DNA of 64,000 nt from Octopus bimaculoides (Eukaryota): the NCBI RefSeq assembly GCF_001194135.2, contig NC_068982.1, positions 118,260,410 to 118,324,409 on the forward strand. Direction: 5' to 3'. The translations under genes and the position numbers were made by a program. The notes beneath the pieces are model-generated. The model saw only the letters and a program-made list of their open reading frames with translations. It did not search any database and was not told the origin of the DNA. This document shows, in pieces, positions 26,250 to 39,250 of the stretch. The number at the start of each line of letters is the position of its first letter. Position 1 is the first letter of the stretch.

Positions 26250-26560
26250 ATCATATAATGCTTCACTGTTACGTAATTTGGCTATGAAACAAATTTTAAA
26301 ATACGCACACACTAAATATAAGAATGAGTTGGAGTTTATCAATGTGAGATGATTCCTTTCCAAGACGTTTTGAGTGACAAATACATCCCACAGAGCAACT
26401 TATGATACAAATTAATACCTTGGCTACATGAACATCTTGCGGTCTTATCGATACAAGTTCCGAATATATGAATCAAAGATCACAAGCCTACTATCATCTG
26501 CCTATTTCAAAGCATTTCTCTCATCCGGCCTCCCATACAAACACGGAATATCCAATACAA
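26250..26560 (+). mobile_element. Possible PLE linker/endonuclease relic
   Basis: SLLRNLAMKQILKYAHTKYKNEL, QSNL*YK and LPISKHFSHP resemble PLE C-terminal motifs. Many stops. Confidence 0.35.
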
Positions 26561-27156
26561 CACACCTTTTCAACTACTCAACAGAGTAATACAGCAGCAG
26601 TAGTTTTTAGAAAACCATATAGAATAATAATTGATGCTCATCCGACACAGATGCATTGAAATTCTCCGATTTCTGCCTCATGCAATAATCTTTAATACTT
26701 GAAAGCATGGCCAATGTGTGAACTAAGAGCAGATATCAATATATGATAGAATTTATTAAAAACTAGCTTGCATTGAATTACAGATACTAGCTCAGCAGTA
26801 GCAACTAAATTCAAGAGTAAAATAAAGAAAATGAACAGTGGTATCAAGAAAAGTGGTATCAAGTAGTATCAGATCATAGATTTGGAAAATTGCAACTTCA
26901 AAGTTCAAAGATGGAACAATAATCACACAAAAAAAAATGAAATGATGTATAAGTGGATAGGACTTTACTTGGATCAAAAGCAAATCTATCTTCCAGTATA
27001 ATCTACGGGCTATAAAACTTCACCCGTTTCGCTATGTGGGCTAAACTAATTCGTATAATATGCCACCTGAACAAAAGAAATGGAGTGCTTACAACCAATG
27101 TAGAAACTCCAAAGAAGTACTGTATCCAAGCTGCGAATGGTCCTCTTTGGTAGACG

Positions 27157-27375
27157 GACAATTCGTCGACAGACGGTTAGCCGACAGACAACTTACAAAC
27201 AGGAAAATTGTGTGGTATGGTGCAGAGTCTTGTTGCCAGACATAGGTTGCTCCAGCATACACCCCCTTGTACCAGGGCAGCACAACCTCCTCCAGGCGTT
27301 TGATGAAGTTTCTCGTGTTGAGTCCGAGGCTTTGTGAGAATTGTTTGTCGGCGAATTGTCTGTCAACAAATTGTC
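27157..27375. mobile_element. Small element with ~45-bp imperfect inverted ends enclosing a maT (DD37D) transposase fragment
   Basis: Left end gacaattcgtcgacagacggttagccgacagacaactt-acaaa versus reverse complement of right end gacaatttgttgacagacaattcgccgacaaacaattctcacaaa. The interior (minus strand) reads GLNTRNFIKRLEEVVLPWYKGVYAGATYVWQQDSAPYHT. Confidence 0.75.
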
Positions 27376-28040
27376 TGCATACGGTCTTCATGGACCTAAC
27401 AAAAGCGCTTCATCATTTCAGCAGAAACAGTCTCTTTGGTATATTAAAAGTCATCAGTTGCACAAGTAGAAATAACTATTATAAAGGAGATACAGATATG
27501 AAATGAGGCACATATTATGGATGGATGTCCGTAAGATTCGGCGTGAAGGAAAAGACAACAAAGGGTGTGTTCTCAACACCGAATAGTTTGCAATTCACAT
27601 CACAATGGTCCTCAAAAGTCCATTTAAACCACTCGGTTCATCAATGCATAAAAAAATATTCAAAATTAATATAATTGAAACCAATATAATGCAAATGATA
27701 ATTGATGGTCTTGCTAGTGTTTCTTCAAAAGTTGACCTCAAAAGCGTTATGTAACCAGTCCATATTCAAGTGACACAACTTCCAAGACGACTAACAACAA
27801 GTTTCACTCCGAAGATTTCTATTACCATTTGTGCGACAGAAGAGACAGGTGTTGAGTGGCGTAAGGTAACCGTAGGGTCTCCATGAACACGCATAGTGTA
27901 AATACCCACTGCAAAATACAGATGTCCCTGATGACTGCAACGGAGAAGAAAGAAAAATGTTGAGAGCGATAGTGCATAACTACTTGTGTGATAGTGTTAT
28001 AAGATGACTTTCTGATGTTGATATATATATATACACAAGG

Positions 28041-28065
28041 CACACACAGACACACACACACACAC

Positions 28066-28143
<78 letters not shown>
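28041..28143. repeat. (CA)n microsatellite
   Basis: Directly visible. Confidence 0.98.
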
Positions 28144-28144
<1 letters not shown>

Positions 28145-29160
28145 CCGACACCATGAGGATCATTCCCCAAATTGAAAGCTTGGGTCTGCGGGCTGCCACC
28201 CGGCATAGAACCCGATTGGATAGAGGACACTATCCGCCGGGGTCTGGGTGGCAGCGGAGCCAAGATCTTAAACATAAAAATTTTGCCTACGGTTGATTAG
28301 GTTGGGTCAAAAGCTGTTTGACCCTGTGGACCGAATCAGCCAAAGATCTAGTCTTCCCAGATAATTTAGGGATGTCCTGGTACAGGTATCCGGTGGGACA
28401 ACCCCCAAGTGTCACCTGTGCCTGTAACCTGGCCACATTAAGAAAAACTGTCCCCGGGATCAGAGTAGGGTCTTGGAGCAGTTAATAAACATAGTCCCCC
28501 CCGCTCCCTCACTGGAAGGAGAGACGAAGGAGGTCGGGGAGGTGGAAACTTCATCGAAGAAAGGAAAAATAAGAAAGAAGGTGGGCAACAATGGTTGCCC
28601 ACCGAGGGCTGCGGCGGAGGAGGAGGACCTTCCGGTTAAGTTGGAAGTGCCCCCTGCTCCTGTGGCCCCAAAATACAAAAGAAAAAAAGAAGAACGGGCA
28701 CTGGTCGGCACGTGATAGCACACCGCCGGCGTGTCCCGACACGCAGTTGGTGGGAATTGTGCCACCAATGGAGGAAGGCCTGTCGGTGGGAATTGTGCCG
28801 CCGATAGTAGAAACTGTGGCCTCACACTGTAATGAGGAGGAATTTGTAATCATCTTTAACAAGAGAGGGGCCGTCCAAGAATTTGTGAAGAAGTTTACTA
28901 GGAATGGTCGGCGGAGAGCGATCCTCACCTCTACCGAAGACCCTGATTGGCCTTCGCAGATGGCTGCGGAGGTCGTGTGGCAAAAAGATTTGTACAGGGT
29001 GATGGATTCCTTCCCTGGCGAATCTTACCGCCTCATGCTGAAGTAGACCGATCTAAAACCATCGAGGTGCTTGAGCACTGAATCTGGTCGGGTGGTAATG
29101 GGTAAGAGGACGAGTGCCTCATATTGAAGGGGCATGTGGTCTATAAAAAGAAAAGTGTAA
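28145..29160 (+). mobile_element. L1/Tx1-like ORF1 (RRM-like region plus CCHC knuckle) pseudogene, GC-rich island
   Basis: KLKAWVCGLPPGIEPDWIEDTIRRGLG (from 28169) resembles an ORF1 RRM. After a frameshift, CHLCL*PGHIKKNCP (28410-28454) is CX2CX4HX4C with an internal TAA, followed by a Pro/Glu/Lys-rich tail. A 36-bp-period repeat (GIVPP) lies at ~28750-28805. Confidence 0.7.
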
Positions 29161-29397
29161 GAGGCAGGTCCCTCAGTTCAAGGACTAATACTGTGAAGTA
29201 AGAGGTTTATAGCCTCAATTTGTAAATTTCTTTAATTTATAAAAAACAATGTTTTAGAGAAGCAGAGTCCGGCGAGCGGCTTTTGACTTCTCCCATGGAT
29301 ATCATCATGTTCATCATTCATCGCATCTCATTAATGTCTTCGTCCAGCCCGCAGCTACTCTATGTACTGCCCTCGTGGCAAATTTAATGAATAAACG

Positions 29398-29528
29398 TAT
29401 CTTGCTTACCAACTACATGGTTCTGGGTTCCGTACCACTGCGTAGCACCTCGGGCTAGTTTCTTCTACTCTAGCCTCGCGACGAGTAAAGTTTTGTGAGG
29501 GGATTTGGTAGGCGAAAATTGAAAGAAG
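29398..29528 (+). mobile_element. Family A SINE 5' half (remainder lost in N-gap)
   Basis: cttgcttaccaactacatggttctgggttccgtaccactgcgtagcacctcgggc...ttctactctagcctcg...ggatttggtaggcgaaaattgaaagaag. Confidence 0.75.
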
Positions 29529-32500
29529 TATGTGGTACACATACATACATACATACATATATANNNNNNNNNNNNNNNNNNNNNNNNNNNNNNNNNNNNN
29601 NNNNNNNNNNNNNNNNNNNNNNNNNNNNNNNNNNNNNNNNNNNNNNNNNNNNNNNNNNNNNNNNNNNNNNNNNNNNNNNNNNNNNNNNNNNNNNNNNNNN
29701 NNNNNNNNNNNNNNNNNNNNNNNNNNNNNNNNNNNNNNNNNNNNNNNNNNNNNNNNNNNNNNNNNNNNNNNNNNNNNNNNNNNNNNNNNNNNNNNNNNNN
29801 NNNNNNNNNNNNNNNNNNNNNNNNNNNNNNNNNNNNNNNNNNNNNNNNNNNNNNNNNNNNNNNNNNNNNNNNNNNNNNNNNNNNNNNNNNNNNNNNNNNN
29901 NNNNNNNNNNNNNNNNNNNNNNNNNNNNNNNNNNNNNNNNNNNNNNNNNNNNNNNNNNNNNNNNNNNNNNNNNNNNNNNNNNNNNNNNNNNNNNNNNNNN
30001 NNNNNNNNNNNNNNNNNNNNNNNNNNNNNNNNNNNNNNNNNNNNNNNNNNNNNNNNNNNNNNNNNNNNNNNNNNNNNNNNNNNNNNNNNNNNNNNNNNNN
30101 NNNNNNNNNNNNNNNNNNNNNNNNNNNNNNNNNNNNNNNNNNNNNNNNNNNNNNNNNNNNNNNNNNNNNNNNNNNNNNNNNNNNNNNNNNNNNNNNNNNN
30201 NNNNNNNNNNNNNNNNNNNNNNNNNNNNNNNNNNNNNNNNNNNNNNNNNNNNNNNNNNNNNNNNNNNNNNNNNNNNNNNNNNNNNNNNNNNNNNNNNNNN
30301 NNNNNNGTGCGTGTGTGTATGTGTGTATGTGTAGATATGTGTAGGGGTATATGTAGGCGCGTTTATATGCATGTATGTATATGGTTTATATTCGTTTATT
30401 TAGCTTGTATAATTAAAAACTATATTTCTCATTATATTTCTCCCGTATATAAATTTCTTATACGTTTGTCTGTATATCACTATGTTAACTCAGTCGTAAA
30501 GCGTTTCCAGTTCGTATGAATGTAACCTCGAGGCAATAAAAGAAATTGTCATCATTATTGTCGTTGCTCTTGTTCTCCAAGTGCCTATGATTGGTATTGA
30601 TAATAACTGTAGTTGCTAATATTGTGAGCGTTACTTTATTCAATTATTAACATTTTGCCCAGCAATAAATCGTGACTGGTTGGTTAAAATGGGAAGCAAA
30701 ATCTCATTTCATCACAATGTAATATCCTTAAGATATGCACTTTGCCATGCAATATGCTCTATGTCATATAAATACATGTTCTCGGTTTTACTGATATTTA
30801 CTTGTAATGTTCGGTGAATGTACAACGAATGCATCATTCATCACATATTTGCCTTTGATTTTGTCATTTTTGCATATTTCTCAATCTTAATATTATCACC
30901 ATATGTATTTTCAGTGTGATCATGTATATATCGACAATATCTGTCTGTCACCTCAGGGTTGTTACCCCATTAACATTTGCCCTCTACAGTAGAATGTGTT
31001 ATATATTAATATTACAGATAATATCATTTTCTCTTTGTCATGGTGTCAAATTATATGCAAACATTTCCCTACTATATCTGTATGTATTTCATTCATGATG
31101 TTAGTATTTAACTGCTTACTTTCGAATTCCTTTATGGTAGCGATAATTCTTTCAGTATTATGGGTGGCTTTCCCAGGCACACATAAGATCGTAGTGTTTG
31201 AATCGGTATCTGCTACCATATTTATCTCTCATGCTGCAGTGCTCCATGAAACTGTACCGCATGAGTTACCAATGTAACGTCCAATTTTCACTCTCTGAAT
31301 TTGAAAGAAAACTGTACGGATTAAATTAAAATTGAAAGTAATGCGAGTCAATATTTGTAACAAATGCGTAGGGTTTTCCTCACCTCTTCCCTCTAATTTT
31401 AGCAGATTCTATTTGGTATGCGTAATTATCTATTTATTTATTCACTTACTAATTTACTTATTTGTTTCGACTTCAAATAAACAAAAACAAACTGTGTATG
31501 AGTTGCTTTATACAATTAAACAAAACGGCAAGTTTTAAATAGGCATCTATAGAATAAATAGTTTGTACTGACGTAAGTTGGCTTAAAGATAATTCGTTGA
31601 CCACCAGTGTCTCCATCTTTATGAGGTAGGATTAGCTTTTGTAGTATGATTAGCCATTGTTCTGATTGTGACTGTTTCAATGAAAGATGAATTAGTGTTT
31701 ATTGTCTGACTTGCTTCTGCTCCATTGTCAGCTGATTCAGGAACTTCGGTAGAATTATCAACAGTAATCTCTTGCACTTACAAAAGATTGAGCATCTACT
31801 GCATCTACAAATATCGGCTAAATAAATATCCAAGAAATCATGGCTTGGCCTATCATCTTTAAAATGTAGAACACACAGGATGATGTGGTTGTAAATAGAA
31901 TGTCTGAAACTGTAATGAGATTGTTCTGGATGAAATGCCTTTGATATTGCATCTACTCACTCAGAGCTAACACGCCATGTAGCAACAACTATATCAATGA
32001 CAACATGCAGAGATGAATGCAATTTCAACAGTCACCACATTATCAAACGATCACTAGAAATTCATCACAATTAAAATACAAGCTTCATAATACTGACCAT
32101 GTCCCATAATCTTGGGTCTCTTATGAAAAGCACTGAACCAACAGAAAATTGATAGAAGGAAAACAGGCCTGATATTATTGTACTTTAGAACAAATGTATG
32201 ATGAAACTTATTTTAATATGAAGTTTTAAAGAATTTGGATACATATACATTTGTTGGAAGTACAAAACAATTATTCTGGCGCAAAACACTAAAAGATATT
32301 CTGTGTTATAGAAAAATTGTAAGGAAGTTACATTCATGGTCACGAGACCCAGAGCGATCTCACTGTATACATTTTAGATACGTGTCTTGCCACCTAACCT
32401 CGAGCCAAGCAAAGTTTACATTGTGGCGGAGATTGAGTTGCTGAACTCTGCATCATGGGCTGATACCTGGAAATCGAAGGCACAACCTTGGGACGTAGAG

Positions 32501-33344
32501 TTATTCTGATCCTATTCGAGAATAGTCAGTCAGGGTACGTATTTCATGAGATACATTTTCCCTGCACTTTACGCAGATTTTCATTGATGAAAACGTCACA
32601 AATCGCATGTGACTAAAATGAGGTTTCAACTTGTAAGCGTACACCACTCCCCAAAACTCATTGGAAATTTTGGGGAGAGTGGGCATTTAAAATTAACCTG
32701 TACTAATATATGGTAAAAAGCAATTAGATCACTGGTAGAATCGGAGGAATAGCAACGTAGAAAATTTAACAAACATTTTCTGCATTCGAAACACAGAAAT
32801 AAAATCACACACACACACACACACACANNNNNNNNNNNNNNNNNNNNNNNNNNNNNNNNNNNNNNNNNNNNNNNNNNNNNNNNNNNNNNNNNNNNNNNNN
32901 NNNNNNNNNNNNNNNNNNNNNNNNNNNNNNNNNNNNNNNNNNNNNNNNNNNNNNNNNNNNNNNNNNNNNNNNNNNNNNNNNNNNNNNNNNNTACATGTGC
33001 ACGTTAACGCACGCACACTTATACACAAACTCGAACACACACACACACGAACACACACACGAACACATACACGCGCACACACATGTAAACAAACACACGC
33101 ACTGACACACACACTGAAAGCAATACTAAATACTTATCCAATGGATTCACTTCACTGAGTTTCTCAAATCGTTAGTTGGAATTCACATTATATTTTTCTT
33201 AAAAAGCTGTTTTCCCAGCCATATTGCAAAGAAAAGTATTGAACTTTCTTTAGTAACTTTTCATACTTTGGTTCCGAAATTGGTTCAGTTATGTAAATAT
33301 TAATATCGAGTTTGCTAAATATAGAAATATAGCGACAGTATCAA

Positions 33345-33348
33345 TCTG

Positions 33349-33423
<75 letters not shown>

Positions 33424-33440
33424 GTCTGTCTCTATCTATC
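33345..33440. repeat. (TATC)n microsatellite
   Basis: Directly visible. A shorter (TATC)n tract lies at ~3055-3095. Confidence 0.97.
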
Positions 33441-33771
33441 NNNNNNNNNNNNNNNNNNNNNNNNNNNNNNNNNNNNNNNNNNNNNNNNNNNNNNNNNNNN
33501 NNNNNNNNNNNNNNNNNNNNNNNNNNNNNNNNNNNNNNNNNNNNNNNNNNNNNNNNNNNNNNNNNNNNNNNNNNNNNNNNNNNNNNNNNNNNNNNNNNNN
33601 NNNNNNNNNNNNNNNNNNNNNNNNNNNNNNNNNNNNNNNNNNNNNNNNNNNNNNNNNNNNNNNNNNNNNNNNNNNNNNNNNNNNNNNNNNNNNNNNNNNN
33701 NNNNNNNNNNNNNNNNNNNNNNNNNNNNNNNNNNNNNNNNNNNNNNNNNNNNNNNNNNNNNNNNNNNNNNN

Positions 33772-33826
<55 letters not shown>

Positions 33827-35949
33827 CATATATATATATACATACACATACATATAAGCAGGTGGCTGAGTAAATTGATCGTCAGACAAGATACATACAA
33901 AGATAAATATAATAGACGTTCTTATGGCAATTGGACTTAAATCAGGCACACACACCGGGACGCATAAGCACTGAAAAGCACTTACACACACACTGACATA
34001 CATCTGCCAAACCTTAGAATTAAATATAATCAACAATCATTCAGAGACGCTTTATAACATGCGAAAAAAAGTCGAATCAAATAATAACGATAATAAGGAG
34101 GGTGTTAAGAATAAGAGAGAAAATTAGGCATATAACGCAAAACTATACGTTAGAACAAAACTTTACAATGCACCTCATATAATTTCTAATAGCAATTACA
34201 TTCCACTGGATACAGTCGAGACTGTGTTAAACGATCTTCTGTTATTCTCTCATCTTTATCTAAAACAGATCTTTTTTGAAGAGAAAGAGCTATTATTACC
34301 ATTACCAAATATAAATGTTGTTGAAAATTGAGATTCAACATACTCTTATCGTCTCTTAAGTGAGATATGGAAATTAACATCTATTATTACTGAGTAGCTA
34401 TGGAAAACCCTAATGGCTATAAATTGGATGGCTTTCTGAAATGTACTGGTAGTCAAATATTACTAAGATTTATGTTTGGTTTATTTTTCTACTTTTCGTT
34501 TATTTATTTATTGTACGTAAATATGAGAAAATGGCATCATTATAACGTGATAGATCTGCATTAGCATTGATAGCGTCTCTCTGAGCTTTTCGAAGACTAT
34601 CGCCAAATTTTCGCCTGAGTGAATATGACACAAGCTAGTAATCTAGCAAAGAGTGAGTATCTAGCAGTATAATTCTACGACTTGTTCAAGGAGTATGAAT
34701 GATATGACGTAATGAATGATATTTGTTTGAAAAGACTTTAGGTATTTATAAAATGTCAAGAGTTAAGATTTGGTAACCTCAAGAATGACATTTGAACCAA
34801 TTACATTTTATACTAATTTTCTAAAAAAATAATCGCATTTCTTTGGGAGATATAAACCACGCTATACCAACATATTATAAAGAATCGGGATGACATCAAA
34901 TGTCAGGCGTCACAAAAATCATGATCTCTTATATGGTGAACTGGTAAGAAACAGAGTAGAATTAAGTTATAGAAACTTGTGCATACATAAACATTATAAA
35001 AAAATGAAAAACTGCATCTATCCACATGTTTAAAAGTATAATTTAAAATGATACCTCTGTACTCCTTCTGTTATAAATACGTGAGGAAATTTGAAATATC
35101 TCTCTATAATATAGTGAAGAGATATTAAGTTGATTATATGAATAAAAATTTATTTGGTTATTGCTCCCACCTTCGTTCATCATCGTATAGGCCATAAATC
35201 TACAAAACGAGGACCGACTCTAAGCAGTATGTATGAGAAGTTGAACGACTTAGCGGTATATTTTAAAATATAGAACAGAAAGGTAACCAATGTATTGCTC
35301 TTTATATTTGAACACAACTTTTTTCTTTTATTTTCTAACACAGCACTTCAATTTCGGTGACGGGACGAGCTGTGATAAAGCATGTATTACGAAGAATTCC
35401 CATCTCACTAAGTGCGCAGGAAACGCCGCAAGTAATGCAGACACAACAAGCGTGCTCATTAGCAGCTTCGACATGCCCAAACAGCCATTCAGAAATGGAA
35501 TGCCTGCTCAGAGGAAGGCACCCATTGCACGAGAAACTGAAGAACACAAACTCTAATCTGATTAGATGTGTAGTGAGGGAATGCACAACGGCAAGACGAT
35601 AGATAATTTTGCTAGTGATCTAAGCTATCATGGCTCTACAAATCATGGCTAACTTCCTCTCTGTCCGTTTTTGGGCGAAGCTGACTAATCTGCTTGTTGT
35701 ACAACAATCATCTGCACGTGTCCGGATATATGTTTGCCCCTGCCATCGTTTCATATATCTAAGATGTTACTGACCACTTCTTGTTCCACATTGTCAACAA
35801 AATTGCGCTGAAGTCATCCGCTTATACAGACGCTGCTCTCACTCGGACATCTCAATTCAAATGAGATATTCCTCAACACTTCTCCCTACCCCAGCTATTA
35901 CTCATGATCTGGTACATATATAAAAGACGAGGAGAGGAATACACGAAGA

Positions 35950-36700
35950 GCCAGACATGCAATTATACATCAACATCATAAGGCTAAATTATATAATATA
36001 TGCCGCAGCCTCTGTAGTCACAAAAGAAACTGGAAATTACTTCAAATTCATTCACATAAGAGTATCAAATTTTTAGAGAAATCATGGAAAACAAATATTC
36101 AGAAAAATAGGGAATAAGAAAGAGGATTTGTCAATCCTTAGTCAAATCAGTAAAGACCAACATCACGAAGCAACAATAAACAGAGACAAACACAACAAAA
36201 ATATGAAATACCAAACTGAAATTAAAGTATGCCTAAGATACAGGATCATTGCTTAATTGCAAAGAGCCCGCAGGTATGAAAAACGCCAATCGATCCTTTG
36301 AATAGAGAAAATCATTTGATTCCAACCCACACCGAATCTACCCTGAAGTATAATATAATAGAAGTCAATGAAACATCAGCACGAGGGAAAATAGGAGACC
36401 TTTGGGAAGGATTATAGCATATGAATGAATCACACCGAAATGATTGTAGAAACAACCACGGCCTCTGAGCATATACTACAAAAAACAAACAATTGAAAAG
36501 CATCAGAACACGACAAGATCCCTAACTCTTGAGTGAAATTCCTAAGAGGAGAACATGTGGTGCACATATGGTGCTGACATAATCAATGAGATTATGATAG
36601 ATGTGAGAGTGAACATAAACTTCATTTCGCGAAGAGATAGTCTTTAAAAAATGCCGATATAAGCTTGCTTCAATGTCTAAATGAACAAGTAATGGAATTA
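35950..36700 (+). mobile_element. R4/Dong-type LINE relic, pre-RT region
   Basis: IIYAAASVVTKETG (35993-36034), RKEDLSIL-like segment (~36120) and QRARRYEKRQ (36260-36289) match recalled R4/Dong motifs. Many stops and frameshifts. Confidence 0.55.
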
Positions 36701-37036
36701 ACAAATTTGAGAGTATTTCATTGTAGAAATAAGATTTGAAAGTCAGTCAAGTGATTGCATAAACTATTAGTGAAGACCAACGAGTTGAAGAAACAAGAGA
36801 TGTAAATGACCTCATAAACTGCTCAAATCCATTTGCTACAGAAGTTTCTGAAATTAAAATTTGAGCCAAGAAGATTTCACAATGAGGTTGAACAGCTTAA
36901 TACTTATAATGTGGTAATACATATTATAACAAAAGTTAATACTGGAAATGAAAAGCATAAGGATGAGCCTCGAAGAAATTATTACCTCAGATATGGAAGT
37001 TTATAATCTGCAAGAAAAAAAATTTAAAAAAACAAT

Positions 37037-37469
37037 AGGCTCAGTGTGGTTGTGTGGTAAGTAGCTTGCTAACCAATTACATTTTCCCGGGTCCCATCCC
37101 GCTGCGTGGCACGTTGGGTAAGTGTCTTCTACTATAGCCTCGGGCTGACCAAAGCCTTGTGAGTGAATTTGGTAGTTGGAAACTGAAACAAGGCCGTCGT
37201 ATATATATGTATGTGTGTATATATACATATATATGTATATGTATGTGTATATGTCTGTTGTGTCTGTGTTTGTTCCCCCATCGTCACTTGACAACTGATG
37301 TTGGAGTGTTTAAGTCCCCGTAAATTAGCGGTTCGGCAAAAGAGACCGATAGAATAAGTACTAGGCTTACAAAGAATAGGTCCTGAGTCGATTTGTTCGA
37401 CTAAAGGCGGTGCTCCAGCATGGCCGCAGTCAAATGACTGAAACAAATTAAAGAACGAAAAAGAATAAA
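37037..37469 (+). mobile_element. Family A SINE, full length
   Basis: gtggttgtgtggtaagtagcttgctaacc...gtgtcttctactatagcctcggg...(TA/TG tract)...gcggttcggcaaaagagaccgatagaataagtactaggcttacaaagaat...ggcggtgctccagcatggccgcagtcaaatgactgaaacaa. Confidence 0.9.
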
Positions 37470-38149
37470 GACAAAATTCAAAGAAAGCCAGTTATAAATT
37501 GCACTTATCGACGACTAATGAATCAACATCAGCAGAGATAGTTCTTCAGAAACGACGGCAGGGCATTTTACCATTAACTAGACAATGAGAATGAAGACCA
37601 GAAAAGCGATATACTAAAATTACTTTTTAAAAAAAGGGCTATAACAAAGCAGATTTGCACGAGGAGTTTAAAAGTGGCTTAAAAATTAAATTAACATAAG
37701 CTAATGCATCGAATATGAGAACGAAAATGGAAATTGTGCTTTAAAATGTCATAGTGCAAAGCTCTTACTCCTGATGGTTTTCAGTGTTATTAGCCTGGTA
37801 TTAGAGTGAATGCAGGAATCAGATATTTGAAATACTACGAATCCCGCTACCATACTGAGGCATTTTCCAACGGAACGTAAAAAAAATGGAACACCAATAT
37901 GAATGACAAAAGAGAGGTCATTGTAACCACAGAGTAAAGAAAGTAAGAGATTGGTAATCATAGGCTTATTGTGTGTTTACCATTCATCCTGGAATTTACT
38001 AGCTTGTCGCAATGCAATTTAATTGTATTGCGCTATTGAAAATGCGAAACTGGTACCAGTAGAGCAAAAAGTGTGTAGATAAACATCAAAGGGAAATGCC
38101 TGCTTATTTTATATAGATTACCTGGCATAAAGTGAAGTGTGGATAAGAA

Positions 38150-39250
38150 AGCAAAACATGGTGAGTAAATGGATTGCAAGAATTTATATGATAGTACAAT
38201 AGTTTGATGTGCCTAAGGACCCTCGGAGTCCATGATAAGATAAAGAGATTTCCGGAAAAAGCGATTAAAGAATCGCAAGCAGCACAAACATGCGAAAGTG
38301 ACTAATTAGAAAATGACAAAATCCGGAGGGTTGTATTTAAGGGTAACTCGCTCGATCTATTATTTTATCAAGAGTAAGCTAATGAGCTTGCTAAGAAGAA
38401 GGAGAGCATAAAATCTATCATATCTATAATCTTCAATTATACACGAAAATGGAAATGACCTGGATTCACTTTCTAAAACAGTAAAGTAATGTAAACGTAT
38501 ATTGGTATGGAGTTTGAGCTGAATATATGTGTAGCCTTAATTGTGAAGTGAGATATAAAGTTAAAAAATTATTGGATGAAACTACCACAGATTATATCAT
38601 CTGATAGCTGAAAATAATTAAGAACTCACTGGTTCAGCGGGGCGTTAAAATCGAGAAAAGACAATCGAATTAGGAAGTCTCTGAATAATGCAAGAGTACG
38701 CCGCAAGCTAGTACAATATTTATATAGTCGTAAGCATGAATATATAAGATAAATTTTGCTTTGAGTTGCTGGCGAAGTTTGTGGAATGTACAGTCAAACA
38801 ACAGTACGAATACATTCAAATTAAGTCATGATGAATGATAGTTCCTGGAAATTATGGGATTAACCCATAGACACATGTCATCTAGTCATAAATAGCAATG
38901 ATTGAGCCGCAAAATCTCTTCCGAAGATAGAACGATATGGGCGGGAGTGAGCTTTGTATGATTATCTCATATGATAGAGAAATATTAGTCGTGAGAACAA
39001 AATAAATTAGCATCACTAATTACTACAAACATGTGACGAGAACGAAGCAAGCAATTCTGAAGTGAAAAATAAAAGTGTTATAAAATGTTACCTTATTTGC
39101 AGCTGAAGGCGAGTATTTCCATGGGACAGCTACCTACTTCTCTGCAGACCACTAACTTGTATAACTGCTATGGGCGGACAGTTAGCTATTATTTTATATA
39201 GACTACAGATGGCTGTACGCTAAACACAAAGAAACTATGTGCAGACGGTA
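38150..39250 (+). mobile_element. R4/Dong-type LINE RT core relic
   Basis: IRRVVFKGNSL (38321-38353; consensus IRRGIFQGDSLSP), NLQLYTK..NDLDSLSKTV and IGMEFEL (38501-38521; consensus DIGMEFGL). It probably continues the 35950-36700 piece across the SINE at 37037. Confidence 0.6.

Noticed and set aside
31618-32100. Minus-strand coding-like stretch (VQEITVDNSTEVPESADN...; ILCVLHFKDD; CRCSRCSIFCKC)
   Set aside because: The open segments lie in different frames bounded by stops. THAP, CXC and GPCR-tail interpretations were each inconsistent in motif order.
32725-32800. ctggtaga...gcattcgaaac with a 9-bp internal hairpin, hammerhead-like
   Set aside because: The core is too degenerate (CUGGUAGA) and stems I and III are unsupported. 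At most a dead relic.
35290-35620. Overlapping 80-88-aa ORFs, possibly a Helitron N-terminus (IARETEEHK)
   Set aside because: One short motif, on the opposite strand from and 7 kb away from the Helitron relic. Insufficient support.
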